Shown here piece after piece: positions 61,836 through 64,000 of a stretch of DNA of 64,000 nucleotides (its first letter is position 1; each line of letters starts with the position of its first letter). The notes under the pieces are model-generated. The model was not told the origin of the DNA. It saw only the letters and a program-made list of their open reading frames with translations, and did no database searches. Source of the DNA: Microbotryum violaceum (taxonomy: Eukaryota); assembly GCA_001244265.2 (NCBI GenBank), contig CDLV01000008.1, positions 744,001 through 808,000 on the forward strand, given 5' to 3'. Position numbers and translations under genes: made by a program.

Positions 61836-63510
61836 ATGACCGGATCATTGCTGGCGTCGTCGCTACTAGTGCGCCACCTGCTCAGACCACCACTGCCACT
61901 TTCAAGACGACTCGTACACGCCTCTGCACCTTCCTTTGCCCAGCGACTGGTCAGACGAAGGGCCCCCGTCGTCGTTCGTCGCCATGTCCTAGCGTCAACC
62001 TCACCGTCATCGCCAGCCGGAGCTGCCGCTGCCGCCGGCGGGCTTGCGAAACCTCGCCACGACGAAGGTACAGACAAGGTCGTCCAGAACGAGCCGCAGC
62101 AAGATAATACAGCAACCACACGGTCCGCGATTGAGCAAGAAACATCCCAATCACCCGAACTACCACCCGCTTCGCGCCTTCCCGTCGAGGTCCCCCACGA
62201 TTCGCACGGCGTTATTGATCGGTCGCAATCGCTCGCGTCGGAGAAGGTACGACAATTGTTCGCCGTCCCCGCCATCGTCGTATCGCGACAGCTCGAGATG
62301 ATGTCCATTATGGTCGGCTACGAGCAAGCCAACAGGTACCAGCTGCAGTCCCCGGAAGGCGAGGTGCTTGGTTATCTCCTCGAGGAGGATCTCGGTATTG
62401 GCAAGGCCATCACCCGGCAGATGCTCAAGACTCACCGACCCTTCAAGGCGACCGTACTCGACACGGAAGGGAACGTTATCCTTGTCGTCTCGAGGCCTTT
62501 CACCTGGATCAACTCCAAGATCACCGTCTCTCTCCCGGACGACTCGGATCGGGACGCATCAGGCTCAACGTCGAAGGTCATTGGTGAAGCTCAGCAAGAG
62601 TGGCACCTGTACCGAAGGAGGTACAACATGTTTGTCAACCGAGACGAGGAAGGGATGGACCAGTTTGGCAGGATCGATGCCGGTCTCTTGGCCTGGGATT
62701 TCACCGTTTTGAATGAAGAGAGTCGTCCCATTGGGTCCATCAATAGGTGCGCTACAGTTTGTGCCCACAAGTTGGTCGCATGGCAAGACTGACCGGGTGC
62801 TGTGAGGCGTCGTGCATAGGAACTTCCAAGGGTTCGCCAAAGAGATCTTTGCCGATGCTGGGCAGTACGTTCTGAGGTTCGAAGGAATCGTGGACGAACT
62901 AGCTGCAGTGGGCGCTTTGCCGTCGCCGGTCAATGAAGCCACCTTGCCATCACCGGCATCAGCTTCACCAACACCAACACCAGCAAAGATTGCGTCGAAT
63001 AAGGAGGCCTTCTCATCTTCGAAAGGAGACCCGACGTCTCTCGTACCGTCGGAGGAATCGGAAGAACCTTCGACCTCTCCATCCCTGGACCTCGCCTTGC
63101 TGCCTCACATCACTTACGATCAGCGGGCCGTCATGTTGGCCTCTGCAATCTCGTGCGACTTTGACTACTTTTCGCGCCACTCTGGCTCGGGAGGGATGAT
63201 GGGTCCAGGGCTGTGGATGCCGATGGGCATGGGTGGGGGAGGAGCGAGTACTGAGGCAGGTACGGAAGCAGGCGCAGAAGCGGGCTCAGATGCGGGTGGA
63301 ATGACTCCCAACGCGGAAGGAGATGAGAGGATACCTGGAGTGGAGGACTCGGGTGGAATGAATCGGGATAGTGGTGGGTGGAGTGAGCAAGGTTGGGGCG
63401 ATGGTGGAGCGGGTGGGGAGGAAACCATGTCGGATCCTTGGGCGACACCCCAGGAGGATGCAGACGGGGGGACGTGGGGTTGGGGTGATCTGTTTCCTGG
63501 AGAAGATTGA
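61836..63510 (+). CDS. AIM25: Phospholipid scramblase family protein, Aim25-like (mitochondrial presequence), 2 exons
   Basis: PAIVVSRQLEMMSIMVGYEQANRY, RQMLKTHRPF, RPFTWINS, QQEWHLYRRRY, INRNFQGFAKEIFADAGQY, DQRAVMLASAISCDFDYFSRHS. Confidence 0.9.
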
Positions 63511-64000
63511 GAGAAGCCCACTTATGCCCGGATCTGTATCTCTTTGATGAGTCTGAGCGGGAAGGCCTGTGGGAAGCGGAGAGGGATGATGGAAGTCAGC
63601 TCGCGGACTAGGGGTCCGTGCGCCACCGGAGGATTATCGATCGTTCGACTCATTTGGCCACGACCTCCACAGGTCAGATGTATGTTGTATTTTCCTAAAA
63701 GCTATCGATTGAAAAAAATTAATTATCTCCCTTCGATCGTAAAAAGCTGATGAACACAACCGCTCTTTTTGGGCTGAAGAAAACGAAACGGTGAACTACG
63801 GTGAATTCCTATAAAGAGCCCATTTCAGAATCGGAGGACGACCAAGCGGCTCGGCGTGTACTCTGCTTACGCTCTCGCCACCACCCTTGCGTTGGCTGAA
63901 TCCTGATCAACTCGTCTGGCACCTTCGTTCGCCGGTCCCATTGACCTTCCTTTCGTGTATCCTCTCGACACACGAGTCTGTGCCCCACCTCTGCTGCGTC

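Overview
Eukaryotic, intron-rich, GC-rich fungal DNA. Short GT-AG introns with CTRAC-type branch points and the gene content suggest a basidiomycete; Pucciniomycotina/Microbotryomycetes-like is an inference. The window holds about 19 protein-coding genes, mostly conserved housekeeping loci: MCC alpha subunit, beta-COP, Vam7, a 2OG-Fe(II) dioxygenase, ADE13, a BTB protein, ATG15, SIN3, myosin-I, WBP11, a single-pass membrane protein, a RAD57/XRCC3-like protein, an Mks1-like protein, CWC2, NDUFB8, a cation/Ca2+ exchanger, MPO1 and AIM25. One more is a 9-exon gene at 12232-13684 that the ORF track almost entirely misses. Accessory islands interrupt these genes. At 7.4-12.2 kb there is a non-coding element with AGATAT-motif clusters and hairpins, and a decayed Cys-rich secreted-protein pseudogene. 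At 22.9-25.3 kb there is an internally deleted Helitron with an intact 3' hairpin+CTAG end. At 45.4-48.5 kb there is unassigned, probably decayed sequence. No rRNA, tRNA or CRISPR was recognised. I found no demonstrably new multi-gene system; the best leads are the hidden gene, the two TE-like islands (which share a hairpin signature) and the effector-like pseudogene. All gene models and family assignments were made by eye from motifs, without database searches.
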